Positions 43,128-56,241 of a DNA stretch of 64,000 nucleotides are shown here, piece by piece. Under the pieces are notes generated by a model. The model searched no databases and was not told where the DNA came from. It worked only from the letters and a program-made list of their open reading frames with translations. This stretch comes from Octopus vulgaris. Its lineage: Eukaryota. Within the stretch, counting starts at the first letter, position 1, and each line of letters starts with the position of its first letter. The stretch is from NCBI GenBank assembly GCA_951406725.2, contig OX597816.1:122450001-122514000 (forward strand). The letters run 5' to 3'. A program made the position numbers and the translations under genes.

Positions 43128-43130
<3 letters not shown>
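38700..43130 (+). mobile_element. Near full-length CR1-group LINE (ORF1 plus APE-RT ORF2), pseudogenised
   Basis: ORF1 38919-40205 (RLGRF...RPRPIRVIF...ELKMRK). ORF2 motifs AITETWL, YRPP, GDFN, PTRHR...LDLVF, SDH, NYRPVSLTS, LDFAKAFDSVNH, PQGSVLGPLLF, LFADD, WNKLP. (TAAC)4 tail at 43115-43130. 5' end approximate. Confidence 0.92.
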
Positions 43131-43191
<61 letters not shown>

Positions 43192-44295
43192 TATATATAT
43201 AGCATACAATATACACAGATTCAATCCTACATAAATACATGTATCTAAATACGTGCATATACACACACACATACATATATGTATTGATATTTATCTATCT
43301 ATCTATCTCTGAACATATATGTGTGTATGTGTGTGTGTATGCATGTATGTGTGTGTATGTGTATTTCTTAAAGGAAGTAGAATAAAATTAAACTCATCCT
43401 CATCTTGTTCTCTGGACAGCTTTAATTCTCTGAATTGAACTTTCACATACTCAAATTTAACACACCTGATATCATTATGGAAACGTGTAGATGACGGCAT
43501 AACATCATATAATCTCATCTGTATTTACCCTTAAAATATCTCCTGAAATAATACTTTTATATATTTAATAAAGCAACAATATTGATTTATTTATATCTAA
43601 GCGTGTGTTTTGAATTGCATGACAGGAATCTAGCATTAATTGTTTTTTCAGAATCTTGCACATAAAAATCCAACTATTCTTTCGTAAATTGATTAATGAA
43701 TTTATTAGTCAATTCTAGTTTGAGTATCTTTGTCATGATACAATATTACAAAACTTATAAAGAAACTTTTTATTGTGATAAGTGGTGATTTGTTACATTG
43801 CAGACAGTTGCAAGGTTTGCTTAAAGGATAGAACGCTGCGCAAATTCTGAGTACATTAGAATGTGATACATCATAAATTATTTTCTATCCATTTTTTTCT
43901 TAGTCTAAAGTCTGTATATTCTCAAAACACTATCATATAGAAATATAATACTTAATCGGTGTGTACTTTTATTTCTATATCAGACTGCCCGTGGCCCATT
44001 GGGTCACCTGGAAAGTCTGAGTTTCTTAGCAACGGTGTTATGTTTCGTAGGTTTTTCTTTTCCAGATAATTTTGCATGCTTTCAAAGAATGTGACATCGA
44101 AATCACACGCAAAGGGAAGATTTGGCTGTTATTTCTTGCACGCCCTCCTGCCACGTAACAGGTATTTTAGGTCCTTTATCGCAAATAGATGCTTTGTAGT
44201 AGCAGGGCGTGCTAAAAATAGCAACCAAATCTTTGGAGCTGAGATACTTTGAATGCACTCGAAAATATTTTTGTAATGGTATTCCTTTGGAGCAA

Positions 44296-44815
44296 TCTTT
44301 CGCTTTGACTCTCAGAACTGCACTTTGATTTTCAGAACTATTATCCGGATCAGCTGTATTTGTTCGTTAATTTCCGTAATTTTTTTTATTTAATTACTTT
44401 TGTTTTTAAATGAAAGAGAAGAGAAATTGAAAGATATATGAACGTGTATATGACATGGACGTGTGTATGTGTGAGAGAGAGAGAGGGAGAACACACATAT
44501 TCACACAATCACTCTCTCTCACACACTCGTGCACACGTACATACAAAAAAGATGTACGCATATGTATTGATGTGTTTACGTATACATGACAACAAATTCC
44601 TTCACTCACTCTCTTTTTCTCTCTCTCTCTTCCTCTCTCTCTTTTTCTATCTCTTTCCCGCTCTCTTTCTCTCTTTCTCTCTCTCTCACACACAAGTCCA
44701 TTTCATATACACGTACATACATCTTTTACTTTCTCCTATCTTTCACTTTAAAACAAAATTAAATAGATAAAAAATTTTACGGAAATTAACGAACTCCGGA
44801 TAACAAGTGAAAGAT
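44296..44815. repeat. MITE-like imperfect fold-back
   Basis: ttatccgga...ttcgttaatttccgtaatttttt (44341-44388) is inverted to aaaaaattttacggaaattaacgaa...tccggataa (44769-44803). Inner (GA)n and (CT)n tracts are also complementary. Confidence 0.65.
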
Positions 44816-46489
44816 CGCCATTCACTTGAAAATAATTTTTAAAGATATTAAAATATTTTCTGTTTAAAGAAAACTAAAATATAAATATTTACTATACAAA
44901 CAACTTACTCTTTTAAAATCACATTCAATTAAAAATATTTCTAAATGATTAAAATATCGTGTACGTCAAAAAGTCGACTTTTTTCTCTTAGAGAGCGCGA
45001 GGACTATGTGTGTGTATATGTCACAAATAGAGAATGTGTGTTTGTATTGATCGACAAGCCATGACATTCATTATATGTGTGTGTATTCTGTATGTTTGTA
45101 TGTGTGTTGACGTCAATGAAGCCATGTTTTTTTCCGTCAAGAAATAACGAACAAAAATTGTGTTTAATTAATAAATAGAGATTCAAACGTTACAAAAATT
45201 TCTACTGTACTGCCGAAGGTAAGTATGAAAATAAATATGCAAAAAAATTAAGATAAGATATACTATTTCTGAGATATTTGGTGTACACACACATCGTTAC
45301 TGTTTTAGTATTATTAAAGAGTAAAAATTATCTTCCTTGTTTTGTTTGTTAGATAGCGAAGGCAATCTAAACAAATATTTCCTAGGCTATTTGTTATACG
45401 CACACATTCACACGCATATACAAACATATAGATATATACACATATACCCCGAAATATATAATAGTATTTTTTACACACAGACACATACATGTTCTATGTC
45501 TTTTCCCTATCTGTTTATCTATCATCAATGTAATGTTCAATATATTATTCAATATATAGAATTTTTTTCTTTGAACTCTCCATATTCAGAAACATATTCC
45601 ATGTCTTATTTCAGAAACATAAGATCATCGCTTTTTACTTTAGCACAAAGTAGCAATTTTTTGTAAAATTGTAACAAATAAATAGAAACTGATATTTAAC
45701 TGGCACATTTATTTTATCGGCACCAGAAGGATGAAAGGCAGCGTTGACAAAAGTGGGGTTTGATATATAAAGGATCTAAGGTATATATAACTTACAAATA
45801 TGTAATTTGAGCTAGAACTCTATCAAAGAATATTCTATAAATTATGTTTTTTTTCTAAATTTCATATAGCATTGGTTATTTGTTATCATTTTAGTGTTAT
45901 GCAGAAAAAACGAAACAAAAGGCTACGGAATTTTGTTGGGAAAGTTTTTCTGAGTTCCGATTCTTAACTTCATATAACATTGTATGCACACGCACACATG
46001 CGTGCGCGCGCATACACACACACTCACACACATACTTGTTTATTTCGTATTCATAAAGAATCGAGGAAAATCAACGTGAAGTACACCATCGTTTGGTTAG
46101 ACAGAATCCCGCAGAGCAGGCAGTGAAACAATCCATTATCAGCTTTGAAAGCACCAATGAAGACCAGACACAATTGGATACTTCGCAATTCCAACTGTTT
46201 ACCAGTAATACAACGAATACTATAACTCTTTGGTGTGACGTGAAATGACACTTGCGAATAAACGAATGCATTTTAAATTTTGTGACAATTCTTTTGCTGA
46301 GAACATTTATTCAAAATAATCATAATATGTTTTGGACTACTTAATCCAATTTTCACGCCCATGGGGCATGATTTACATAAAGAGAAAGAGAAAAAGTTAT
46401 CTATGTCATTTAAATAATGCCTGATGAGTGTGAGAATTACATAATGTATGACGCAATCGGACATATTGCATCATACTTACATTACTCTT

Positions 46490-46856
46490 TAATTTGTTTC
46501 AGTCATTTGACTGTGGCCATGCTGGAGCACCGCTTAGTACTTATTCTATCGGGATCTTTTGCCGAACCACTAATTTACGGGGACCTAAACACACGAGCAT
46601 CGGTTGCCAAGCGATGTTGCAGGGGGGGGGGGGCAAATACAGACACACAAACATATACACACATGCATATGCATATATATATATATACATATATAAGACG
46701 AGCTTCTTTCAGTTTCCGTCTACCAAATCCACTCACAAGGGTTTCGTCGCCCCGAGGTAATATTAGAAGACACACTTGCCTAAGGTGCCACTCAGTGGGA
46801 CTGACCCCGGAACCATGTGGTTGGTAAGCAAGCTACTTACCACACAGCCACTCCTG
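46490..46856 (-). mobile_element. SINE family A copy
   Basis: Reverse complement homology to 2086 and 49322. Confidence 0.85.
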
Positions 46857-46936
46857 ATAAAGATGATCAGTGAAACAGAAGTTGCAAAATTAGAAGTCCA
46901 TTCGTTTGTTCGTTTTACACACACTCACACACACAT

Positions 46937-46989
<53 letters not shown>

Positions 46990-46990
<1 letters not shown>

Positions 46991-47844
46991 AAGTAAACTA
47001 CAACACATGAAATCGGTATCTAATCTCTTTCGAAGTAATCCTCTTCTTAAGTCACACACTTTATCCAGCGCCGTTTCCATTGATTGAAGCATTCCTGGAA
47101 CTTCCTTTATGGAACAGTCACCAGCTGTTTCATCACAATTTCTTTTTTTCGGCTTCTTCTGATCTTGTTCCTTTTCAGTGCGATTTGATATTTGGAAAGA
47201 GGAAAAACTCGCAAGGGGCGAAATCTGGGAAATATGGTGGTTGTCGAATATTGTGCTGGGTAATGTTGTGCTTGGAGAAAAACTGCTGCCCAAGCTGCAC
47301 TAAATGAGTTGCTGCGTTGACTTGGTGGAGTTTTCCACTCGCCGGCCGTTTGCAATCTCGCTCTTTTTTCACGAATAGCATCCAGCAAACGCCGCAACCC
47401 TTCACGGTAGTACTCCTTGTTTACTGTTTGACCAGGTGGAGTATACTCATAATGTAGTCAAAGAAAAGTGTCAAAAATATCTTTAGATCGCTTCGACTCA
47501 TTCGGCATTTTGTAAGCCGTCCTAGAAACGTTTGTGCCCCTCATATACTCATGTCCGCATCATACACTCCTCTCCATACACTTTCTGCAACATTGTAAAG
47601 GTCTCTATGCAGGTATTTCTTAACTTCTGACAAAATACCATGGTCACTGATGGAATCCCTGTGATATAGTGAGACGACCACAGTCTACAGGCATTACTTC
47701 CAAGCGCAGCTATAAACAACGTAATGAACGATAATGTTATAACTTAGTGTGCATGTTAAAAGTTAATCTGTGCCAAGCGGCTTCACTCTACATACTAAAG
47801 CGCTGTTACCGCAGCAGCAGTCCCGATACTTTTTGAGTAGACCT

Positions 47845-47848
<4 letters not shown>
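46990..47848 (-). mobile_element. mariner-like transposon remnant (internally deleted)
   Basis: RRLLDAIREKR and QPPYFPDFAPCEFFLFP (YSPDLAPxD motif). TA plus TIR-like tactaggtctactcaaaaagtatcgggactg at 47818-47848. Confidence 0.8.
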
Positions 47849-47883
<35 letters not shown>

Positions 47884-47929
47884 ACAAACAAACACACACA
47901 CACACATGTATATATTTGTATGTGTAACG

Positions 47930-49318
47930 TAATAGTTTAGAAAAAAACATTGGTTTCATATCTAGCGTGAACAAGACATTTTTTCAGTTTTTCTAAACGA
48001 TAACCGTTCTCTGCAAAGAATGTTTTTTAAACACAAGAATGCCGGTGATAGTTCGAGAAATATTCCTCTTTAAAAATTATGGCCGGACGAGTTGTCTTCC
48101 TTCGCTTGGTAGCAAGGTCTTCCAATTTTGAAGTAAACATTTCCGAAAATGTGGACAACTCCTCATGACTTCCATCCTGATGTTCAGGTAACCTCCTGAC
48201 TCTTGTGAGTTCATGAGGATAATATACACAATTTACAGTTTTGTTCCATTGCAATAGGGTCCTCAAGTTTCCAGTAATTTCCACCTGATATTAAAGGGCA
48301 TATGATCGTCCTTTGGGACCATACGTATGCTGCGTGTGCTGTTGTGTTGCGTCTCTCCGGGACCCTGAAAAAAGATCTGTGGTTGTTCAGGCGAATTTTA
48401 AATTTGGATTCACAAGATCCGACATAAATTTTAGTGTGTGTTCCTGTGTTAACATTGATATTACTGATATTTGTGCTGCTTCTGTTTGATGCTACCATTG
48501 CTTGGTGCACTGTAGCTTCGGTGTTATATCGGCCGTCCACTGGGCATTCATTTCTAATTCTGCATGAACCGCCTGCCTCTGTCCGTAGTTTAGGAGTGCT
48601 AACTAATGTGACACCTCGATTGCGTTACGCCATTAAGAGAAACTAGATACCTTCCTTATGCCTTTATTAACCCTTCTTAGGATGTGTTTACTAACCAGTC
48701 CATTTTCGGACTTGTCAGAGTTAATCAGGCAGTATTTAGGGTTGGAAGCGTAGTTCGGTTTATGATCCTTGATAGTTATAAATGCATTACGTTCAGCTAG
48801 TATTTCTACCCCGTCGGCAATGTCCAGGTCGGTGGCTATTCGTTTTGCCTCATTATTGATGTTATCATAGGTATGTGGTGCGGCCTGTCTATATTTTTGT
48901 GTGATGTTGTTCTCTTAAAGCCTGTTGTAGTGATCATTATCTATCTTAGAAAGGTTGTCTTATCTGAAAATAGTAGAGTTCTATCTGAATTCTTAAGGAG
49001 GAGTATATCGGATCTAAGTCTACGTTGAAAGGTGGATGAGGACTTACGGAACTTAAGATTTGGTATAATGCCCAGCAGGTCTTCTTCGAAAGCTTCGAGT
49101 TCTTTGATTTTGGGTGGTAATTTTCTAGACCTGATGTTAAAGTGGTCTTTGTCCGAGTGTAGTGCAGCTTGATCGAAAATAAAAAAAAAATTCCACTTCA
49201 TGCATCTTATAATATCAATAATTTTTCGAAGTAGCATTCTTTTGTATAGTTCATTTGATGGTATAGGGATATTTTTAAAGGAATATCCAATGTTGTTTAA
49301 ATCCATTAATATTATCGC
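47930..49318 (-). mobile_element. Penelope-like element with RT core deleted
   Basis: N-terminus MDLNNIGYSFKNIPIPS...FSDKT, then AFITIKDHK and LINSDKSE, jumping to CRIRNECPVDGR...VHQAMV...KIYVGSCESKFKIRLNNHRSF...AYVWS...CKLC (GIY-YIG). Confidence 0.8.
47935..47998 (-). ncRNA. Degenerate hammerhead at the PLE 3' end
   Basis: tttagaaaaa-CTGAAAA-a-atgtct...agatat-GAAAC-caat-GTT-tttttctaaa. The C3-A8 mismatch suggests it is inactive. Confidence 0.55.
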
Positions 49319-49321
49319 AGT

Positions 49322-49467
49322 TATGGCTGTGTGGTAAAAAACTTGCTTCCCAACCACATGCTTCTGGGTTCAATCCTACATCGTGGCACCTTGGGTAAGT
49401 GTCGTCCTCGGGCCGACCAATGTCTTGTGAGTGGATTTGGTAGAGGGAAACTGAAAGAAACCCGCCG

Positions 49468-49524
<57 letters not shown>

Positions 49525-49722
49525 TTGTGTGTCTGTGTGTCTCCCCACCATCACTTGGCAACCGATGTTGGTGAAGTTTACGTCCCCGTAATCTAGCGAA
49601 TCGGCAAAAGAGACCGATAGAATGAGTGCTAGGTTTACAAAGAATAAGTACTGGGGTCGATTTGTTTGACTAAACGCGGTTCTCCAGCATGGCCGCAGAC
49701 GATTAACTGAAATAAATAAAAG
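49322..49722 (+). mobile_element. SINE family A copy
   Basis: tggctgtgtggtaaaaaacttgcttcccaacc...ggcaccttgggtaagtg...ccagcatggccgcag. Confidence 0.85.
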
Positions 49723-50704
49723 ATTTTCAAAATATGTATGTATGTATGTATGTATGAATGGATGGATATATGTATGTACACTTCCCATTATTTAACAATG
49801 CAGCCATACTCGAGCACTGCCTTCAATATGCTTCTGCCTTCATGTATTTACAAATCATCTATGTATAGGATGAGGGATTATAGAGGTATGGATTAGTAGG
49901 TTTTCAAATAATATGAATATATCAACGAAGAAATATTATTTCTGATGATTGCCTTCGTAATGAGATGACTGAAATCAAGAGTAAGTAGTCAACTTTAACT
50001 TTTATAACATTCCAGAAAAAACTTATTATGATGGCATGTAGCTATTATACTATCACTAACTATTAAATCATGATAAGGATAAGTGAATCGGGACGATTAT
50101 ATAAATGTTTTATTTCATAAAAAGCAAATATATATATTATTCTAATATAAAATTTCTGTCCATTTTGCTTCGTTATGTGTGTTTGTATATACATACATAC
50201 ATATCTTAGGTAAGTTAAAATATGTTTGTGACATAATTTATTTTCTAAAGACAAATTCACCGCAGTTACTGCGGAGAGAAAGGTTTTTCTCATTATAAGA
50301 GGTGTAAAACATATCCGCCCTGAGCTTCCTCATATCAGATACCCTGACGCGCAATTCTGGCCCTTCAGCCTTCCTCAATGGGAAATACCGAAGAGAGATA
50401 ACGCTACGTAGGTTCAAAACCTTGTGTGCGCTGTTGTACCACCTGTTCTGAGAAAATATCACAGCATTAGCGCCAAGCAGGATATGTAGACAAAAGAGAG
50501 ATACAAATAGATGGTTACTCAGATATGTGTGTTAGCGAGGTGTCCCGCGCAGATTGGTATTGCTATAACAACCAGTCTACTTCATATAGCTCTTTTCTGT
50601 TATCTATGACTGTTCTCAGTTTTATTAATAAGGAGGGCACGCGTGATTCTGTGATTGCCTCTTTGTGTTGAGCGGCTGTTATGCATACCTTGAAGTACTG
50701 GGTT

Positions 50705-50846
50705 CGATAGAATAAGTACTAGGCTTACAAAGAATAAGTCCTGGGGTCGATTTGTTTGACTAAAGGTGGTGCTCCAGCTTGACCGCAGTCAAATAACTAA
50801 AATAAGTGAAAGATTTTAAAAATATCTATATATGTATGTATATATA
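50705..50846 (+). mobile_element. 5'-truncated SINE A with 27-bp target-site duplication
   Basis: tatgcataccttgaagtactgggttcg occurs at 50680-50706 and 50847-50873. Confidence 0.85.
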
Positions 50847-51144
50847 TATGCATACCTTGAAGTACTGGGTTCGGTACTTCTATAGGAGTTTTTTGATCGA
50901 AGTGTCTGTGCGCATAAGTTCTTTGATTCGAATGTGGAGTTTCCTGGTAGTACTTCTCACATTTACTACAGACTTTGTCGTATACCACGTAAAACCTCGA
51001 GCACATTGGTAAAATTTAGATATACAAATTCAGTAGTTTGTAATCTTTACCAGTGGTAGATATAAGAAATTACTGAACACTTTCGTAAAGTATATTGTAT
51101 CATCGACAATCCTACCAGTTTGAGTATTCGTGCGCTCATACAAA

Positions 51145-51420
51145 ACTGGCACTTCGTCGGTTATGACGGTGTGTGTTCCAGTTGATCCGATCAACGGAAC
51201 AACCTGCTCGTGAAATTAACGTGTAAGTGTATGAGAACCCCACAAACACGCGTAACCCTTATCGTAGTTCTCTGGGTGATTCAGCGTGACACAGAATATG
51301 ACAAGGGATAGAGCTGCGTAAAATAAAGTGACTTGCTCAAGGACACAACGCGCTGCTGAGTATCGAACTCACGACCTTACGATTGTGAGCCGAATAACCT
51401 GACCATTAAGCCACGTACCT
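51145..51420 (-). mobile_element. tRNA-derived CORE-type SINE (family C)
   Basis: Minus strand: gtggcttaatggtcagg (A box)...gagttcgatactc (B box)...ttgtgtccttgagcaagtcacttta (CORE). Confidence 0.75.
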
Positions 51421-52091
51421 TCACTACGCTCACATACAGCCGAACATACTATAATTCTATTTTGTACATGTTTCACACACAAATGATGTAAAAGGTGTAT
51501 AATAACACTTCTGCATCTCCACGGGACTGACTGAGGAGGTCACTAAGATATAACGGAAGACTTGAATCTATTAAATAATGAAGTGAATTATAACCATTAT
51601 GAGTGTTTCATTTGCGGTGTGTGTTGAGTTGAAAACAACCTTGCTTTAACGCTTCCTTATCTATCTGTCTTTCTCACTCCCAAATAAACATCATGCACGT
51701 GCACACACATACACACACACACGCAGAAACACACACTCACACACACACACACACTCGCACATACACAGGTATACACCCACGTATATTAACGATATAAAAA
51801 AAAACTATAATAGAAAGTTGAAATAATTTTGTATCAGGAAGTTCTAATTATTGAATGAAATATACAATTATTTAAAATACATATATTTATATGTCAGAAA
51901 TAATTCGAAGCGCGCGCTAATGGAAAAACCAGGCTGGGTTCTTCTCCGGAAGTTTAAATTTAAGACGGGAAATCCGCGAACGATCTTGAAATGTGGAATT
52001 TTCTCGTGATTTATGGTAATCTATCACTTTAGCAGGAGGTTTCAAACACTAATGTAGCTTAAAACGAATTATTTGTACATAGATATAATTT

Positions 52092-52101
52092 CTATCTATC
52101 G

Positions 52102-52174
<73 letters not shown>

Positions 52175-52303
52175 CCTATCTATCTATCTATCTATCTATC
52201 TGTCTGTCTGTCTGTCTGTCTGTCTGCACGTCTGTCTGTCTGTCTGTCTGTCTGCTCTATCTATCTATCTATCTATCTATCTATATATCTATCTATCTAT
52301 CTA

Positions 52304-52334
<31 letters not shown>

Positions 52335-52375
52335 CTCTCTCTATCTGTCTGTCTGCCTGTCTGCCTCTCTCTCGC

Positions 52376-52406
<31 letters not shown>

Positions 52407-52446
52407 GTTTATCTATCTATCTATCTATCTGTTTGTCTATCTATCT
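52092..52446. repeat. (TATC)n/(TGTC)n compound microsatellite
   Basis: Direct reading. Confidence 0.95.
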
Positions 52447-53033
52447 GATAGTAATAAAGTGACTGTACACGTATATGTCTGAATGCACTTGAGTAGAAGC
52501 ACAGAAATAGTCGACTATTCATATTAATTGTTTAAACTGTCTTTCTTAATCGATCAATTGTTCCACTAAAAAAATCACTAAAACATAACCTAAAGCATTT
52601 TCATGTCCAGCTCAAGACTAATTTATCATCGATATTGTTCAAGACGCCAGACACAGAACACAAGAAAGTAATTGCCAGTTTAAAATCAATGATCAATGCC
52701 AATAAAAAAGCAATGTGTATTAATGTTGCCGACGAGGTATTATTGTTGTTATTGATACTAGTGCCAATGTTAATAGTGTTGTCAATAAAAATTGTTGAAA
52801 TTGCTCACATACCATGTAGTTAATATAGCCATTCAGTAATTAGTACAATAGAAATTATCATAAGTACTAATATAATTTTGGCCCAAACGTTGCTCGATGG
52901 TGCTCCACCTGTTTCACCCCAAAAGAAGTTACATCCTTCATGAAACATTTTTTAATATCTAATTTTACTTCACTTAGCTTTCTTATACACGCTGGTATCA
53001 TAGTATATGTTAATTATATATATATATTTAAGA

Positions 53034-53105
<72 letters not shown>

Positions 53106-53107
<2 letters not shown>

Positions 53108-53381
53108 AGAATTTTTTGCGTAATAAGATAAAAATCCAAGGTTGTACAGATATTAGAGCATTTATAGCTAGAAGGTCTTACAGCTGTTTCTAGGATATTG
53201 ATTAATAATATCCCTTCATCGGAGACGGTGTGAGAGGAAGACTTAACTTTTTTCTCTCACATCGTCTCCGATGAAGGGATATTATTAATTAATATCCTAG
53301 AAACAGCTGTAAGACATTCTATCTATAAATGCTCTAATATCTGTACAGCCTTGGTTTTTTATCTTACGCAAAACATTCTTA
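53106..53381. repeat. (TA)n-flanked palindrome, ~130-bp arms, HHR in each arm
   Basis: 53106-53236 is inverted to 53254-53381 with a 17-nt spacer. Confidence 0.92.
53264..53315 (+). ncRNA. Minimal type I hammerhead (U4C core variant), mirrored at 53175-53226(-)
   Basis: gtct-CCGATGA-a-gggatatt...aatatcct-a-GAAAC-agct-GTA-agac, with palindromic acagctgt. Confidence 0.78.
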
Positions 53382-53389
53382 TATATATA

Positions 53390-53459
<70 letters not shown>

Positions 53460-53594
53460 TATATATATATACACACACATTCGTATACATACCTGCATAG
53501 TAATACTACATACATACTGCTCATACTTACGCGCATCACAACCCACCGCCACCACACACATATATGCTCGAGTGTGTATCTGTAAGAACTGATA

Positions 53595-53655
<61 letters not shown>

Positions 53656-54769
53656 AAAGGGTATGATGAGGAAATTGACATGATGGATACGACATATAAA
53701 AATCTAGAACTCAATCGATTGTTTCAACTTCAGTATTGGAACTTATTTCTCCATTTCTCCAACATCTTAAGAATGACAGAAGTAATGTCTGTCGTTGTGC
53801 CAATCCCATTGCTTTTATAACATCTGCTTACATACTTACGAAACAATTTTGGGGTGAAAATGCTGGGAAACTCGTGAATTTTGCTTTTTATTAAATACAC
53901 AAGCTACATACATAAAGATAAACATGTACGGTTAGATTTCGCTAATGAAAAATCAAGCTTCCAAGAAAAAAATTATACTCGAAAAGGGAAGATCATTTTA
54001 TAACGTCAATATTTTCTGAAGGTCATTAGAAAAATATTAAGTAATAGAATCTAGCTCACAACTACATTTACATGTTAACTTGAAACTATGCAGCTTGTCA
54101 CCATAATGGTAATAATGATATATTTTAGATACGCAAAAGAAATTGTATTTTGATAGGCGGGAAATAGTCGATTGACTTTATGATATTACTGGCATTTTGT
54201 TTATAAATATTGCGATTATAAATTAAACTAGTCTACTTTGAAAATGTAAGGTTGAACTTGATCTGCTACGTCATGCAATGTGCATATTAACTTCAACGGG
54301 CATTTCTATATACTACAAGAACAAGGATTGGGAAAATTTATTGTTACAATGGCAATCGTAATGGAAGAAATGATACAACTTGAATAAGTAACATGTATTG
54401 AATACTGTTTTTGAGAACTTCGTTTTGAGACAACAGATAACATTAAAATCACCACTAATTTTTATTGATAGTAAGTAAACGAATGTTATCAAATTCAGTT
54501 TATTCGTTCACAGAACGAGTTAATGGGTTAACAAATTGACTACGGTTGTAGCTCTTCAAAATACAGAAAACAGATGTATTGTGATATTTAGTAACCACTC
54601 TTAATGTCATTAATTTTACAACTTGCGTGGCCTTCTTTTCCTTGATTGTTTAGATGCGCTATGGGAATATAAGTCTCAAACCAAGTAGAATATGAATACC
54701 TGAACAAGATTCCATATCTAACAGACATCACAATTGCAAGGTACGGTAGAACGTAAAAGGTCCAGACGT

Positions 54770-55260
54770 CACATATGGTCAAGCACTCACTATTTAAAGA
54801 ATTTTAAAACTTGACAGCGAGCAACAGAGGGAAAACCGGAAATACCACAACAACAGAACCACCGTCAATAAGAACAGCTACAATAAAGCAACACGATTAA
54901 GAAGATCTATAGCTAAAACAACATCTTTAAAAGAAATGCAAATATCAATTGCAAATCCAGAATCCTAATCTACTGTGACACATGTCCCGAATGCAAAGAA
55001 TACTACATTGGTGAAACAGGTATTGGACTATACGATAGAATAAGGGTGCATAAACAACAAATCCATGACCCTTGCGTTAGAAACGCAACCTGCATTAGAA
55101 CCTTACATTTTGTAAGACCAAAGAATACTTTATTCGAAAATACAAACAGAAACTGAACAGAATATTAATTTCCAAATTACCGGAACTTCCATCCCAACAA
55201 CCCACAGAAAGACACCAACCATCAGTGCCTGAATCATGAAAACTGCAAATGAGTATACAC
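54770..55260 (+). mobile_element. PLE GIY-YIG endonuclease remnant
   Basis: LIYC..TCPECKEYYIGETGIGLYDRIRVHKQQIHDP...KEYFIRKYKQKLN. Ends next to (TA)n. Confidence 0.75.
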
Positions 55261-55272
55261 ACATTTATGTAC

Positions 55273-55348
<76 letters not shown>

Positions 55349-55380
55349 CATGTGCGAATGAGTGTATAGGTATGTATATA

Positions 55381-55740
55381 CAGGTGTTCGACAAAATAAT
55401 GGAAAAACCTAGCATCATAGCATCGTAATTTTGAAATATCTATAAAACCTTCAAAAGCTTGTTTATTTTAATGTTTTTCGATTTATTGTTAATATGTTTT
55501 GCAAAAATTACAGTTTCTTTTCAGATATCATCAGAAAAAGGTAATTGAAATTCATGAAAATGACAGATCTATCGAACTTTCAAAGAGATCAAATTGTTGG
55601 TGCTCTTATGGATGGTGCTAGCGTAAGGAAAACAGTCGAAATATTCAATGTATCAAGAAGAGCCGTCTCGAAAGTAATGACAGCCTTTAAAAAAGAGGGA
55701 AACACCTTGTGGAAACAAAGCTGGGAATAAAACCAAAACT
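55381..55740 (+). mobile_element. Tc1-like transposon 5' fragment
   Basis: TA|caggtgttcgacaaaataatggaaa TIR-like start and MTDLSNFQRDQIVGALMDGASVRKTVEIFNVSRRAVSKV (paired-like HTH). Confidence 0.8.
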
Positions 55741-55951
55741 TTTCTTATTATTATCAAAGAATGTATATATATGTATTGTAATATTTTGTGACAACACAAC
55801 AAAGTTTTTACTAAGCTTTTACATTTTTAACTTTTGGCAATCTTTTTCTAAAAAATAAAACCGGTCAAGTGAATAAACACCTTTTAAAATTGCATTTTCA
55901 AACCTTCTTTCTTATATATTTCTACTCGTGTGGTATCTTACAACTTCACTT

Positions 55952-55987
<36 letters not shown>

Positions 55988-56241
55988 AATAAGAAAGTGG
56001 AGAAGATACAATACCGACAGACACCAGCTGGTAAACATTCCAGTATGTCTATTTATTCCAATGTATTAGATGAATACATACACATGTATTAGTGGTACAG
56101 ATTATCAAATAGAACGTGTTGGTAACTGCAAAAACAAAGGTGTGGAAGCATATAATCATAAAGGAACAGGTGATTAATTGAGTAAATGAGCAAATGAGTA
56201 AAGGAAAAGATTGTGAGTAAAACCGAATGAGTGTGTGGGTG

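Noticed and set aside
46051-46271. Moderate-complexity short ORFs as possible host exons (similarly 31491-32416 and 50238-50462)
   Set aside because: No recognisable domain and no consistent splice-site or exon chain support.
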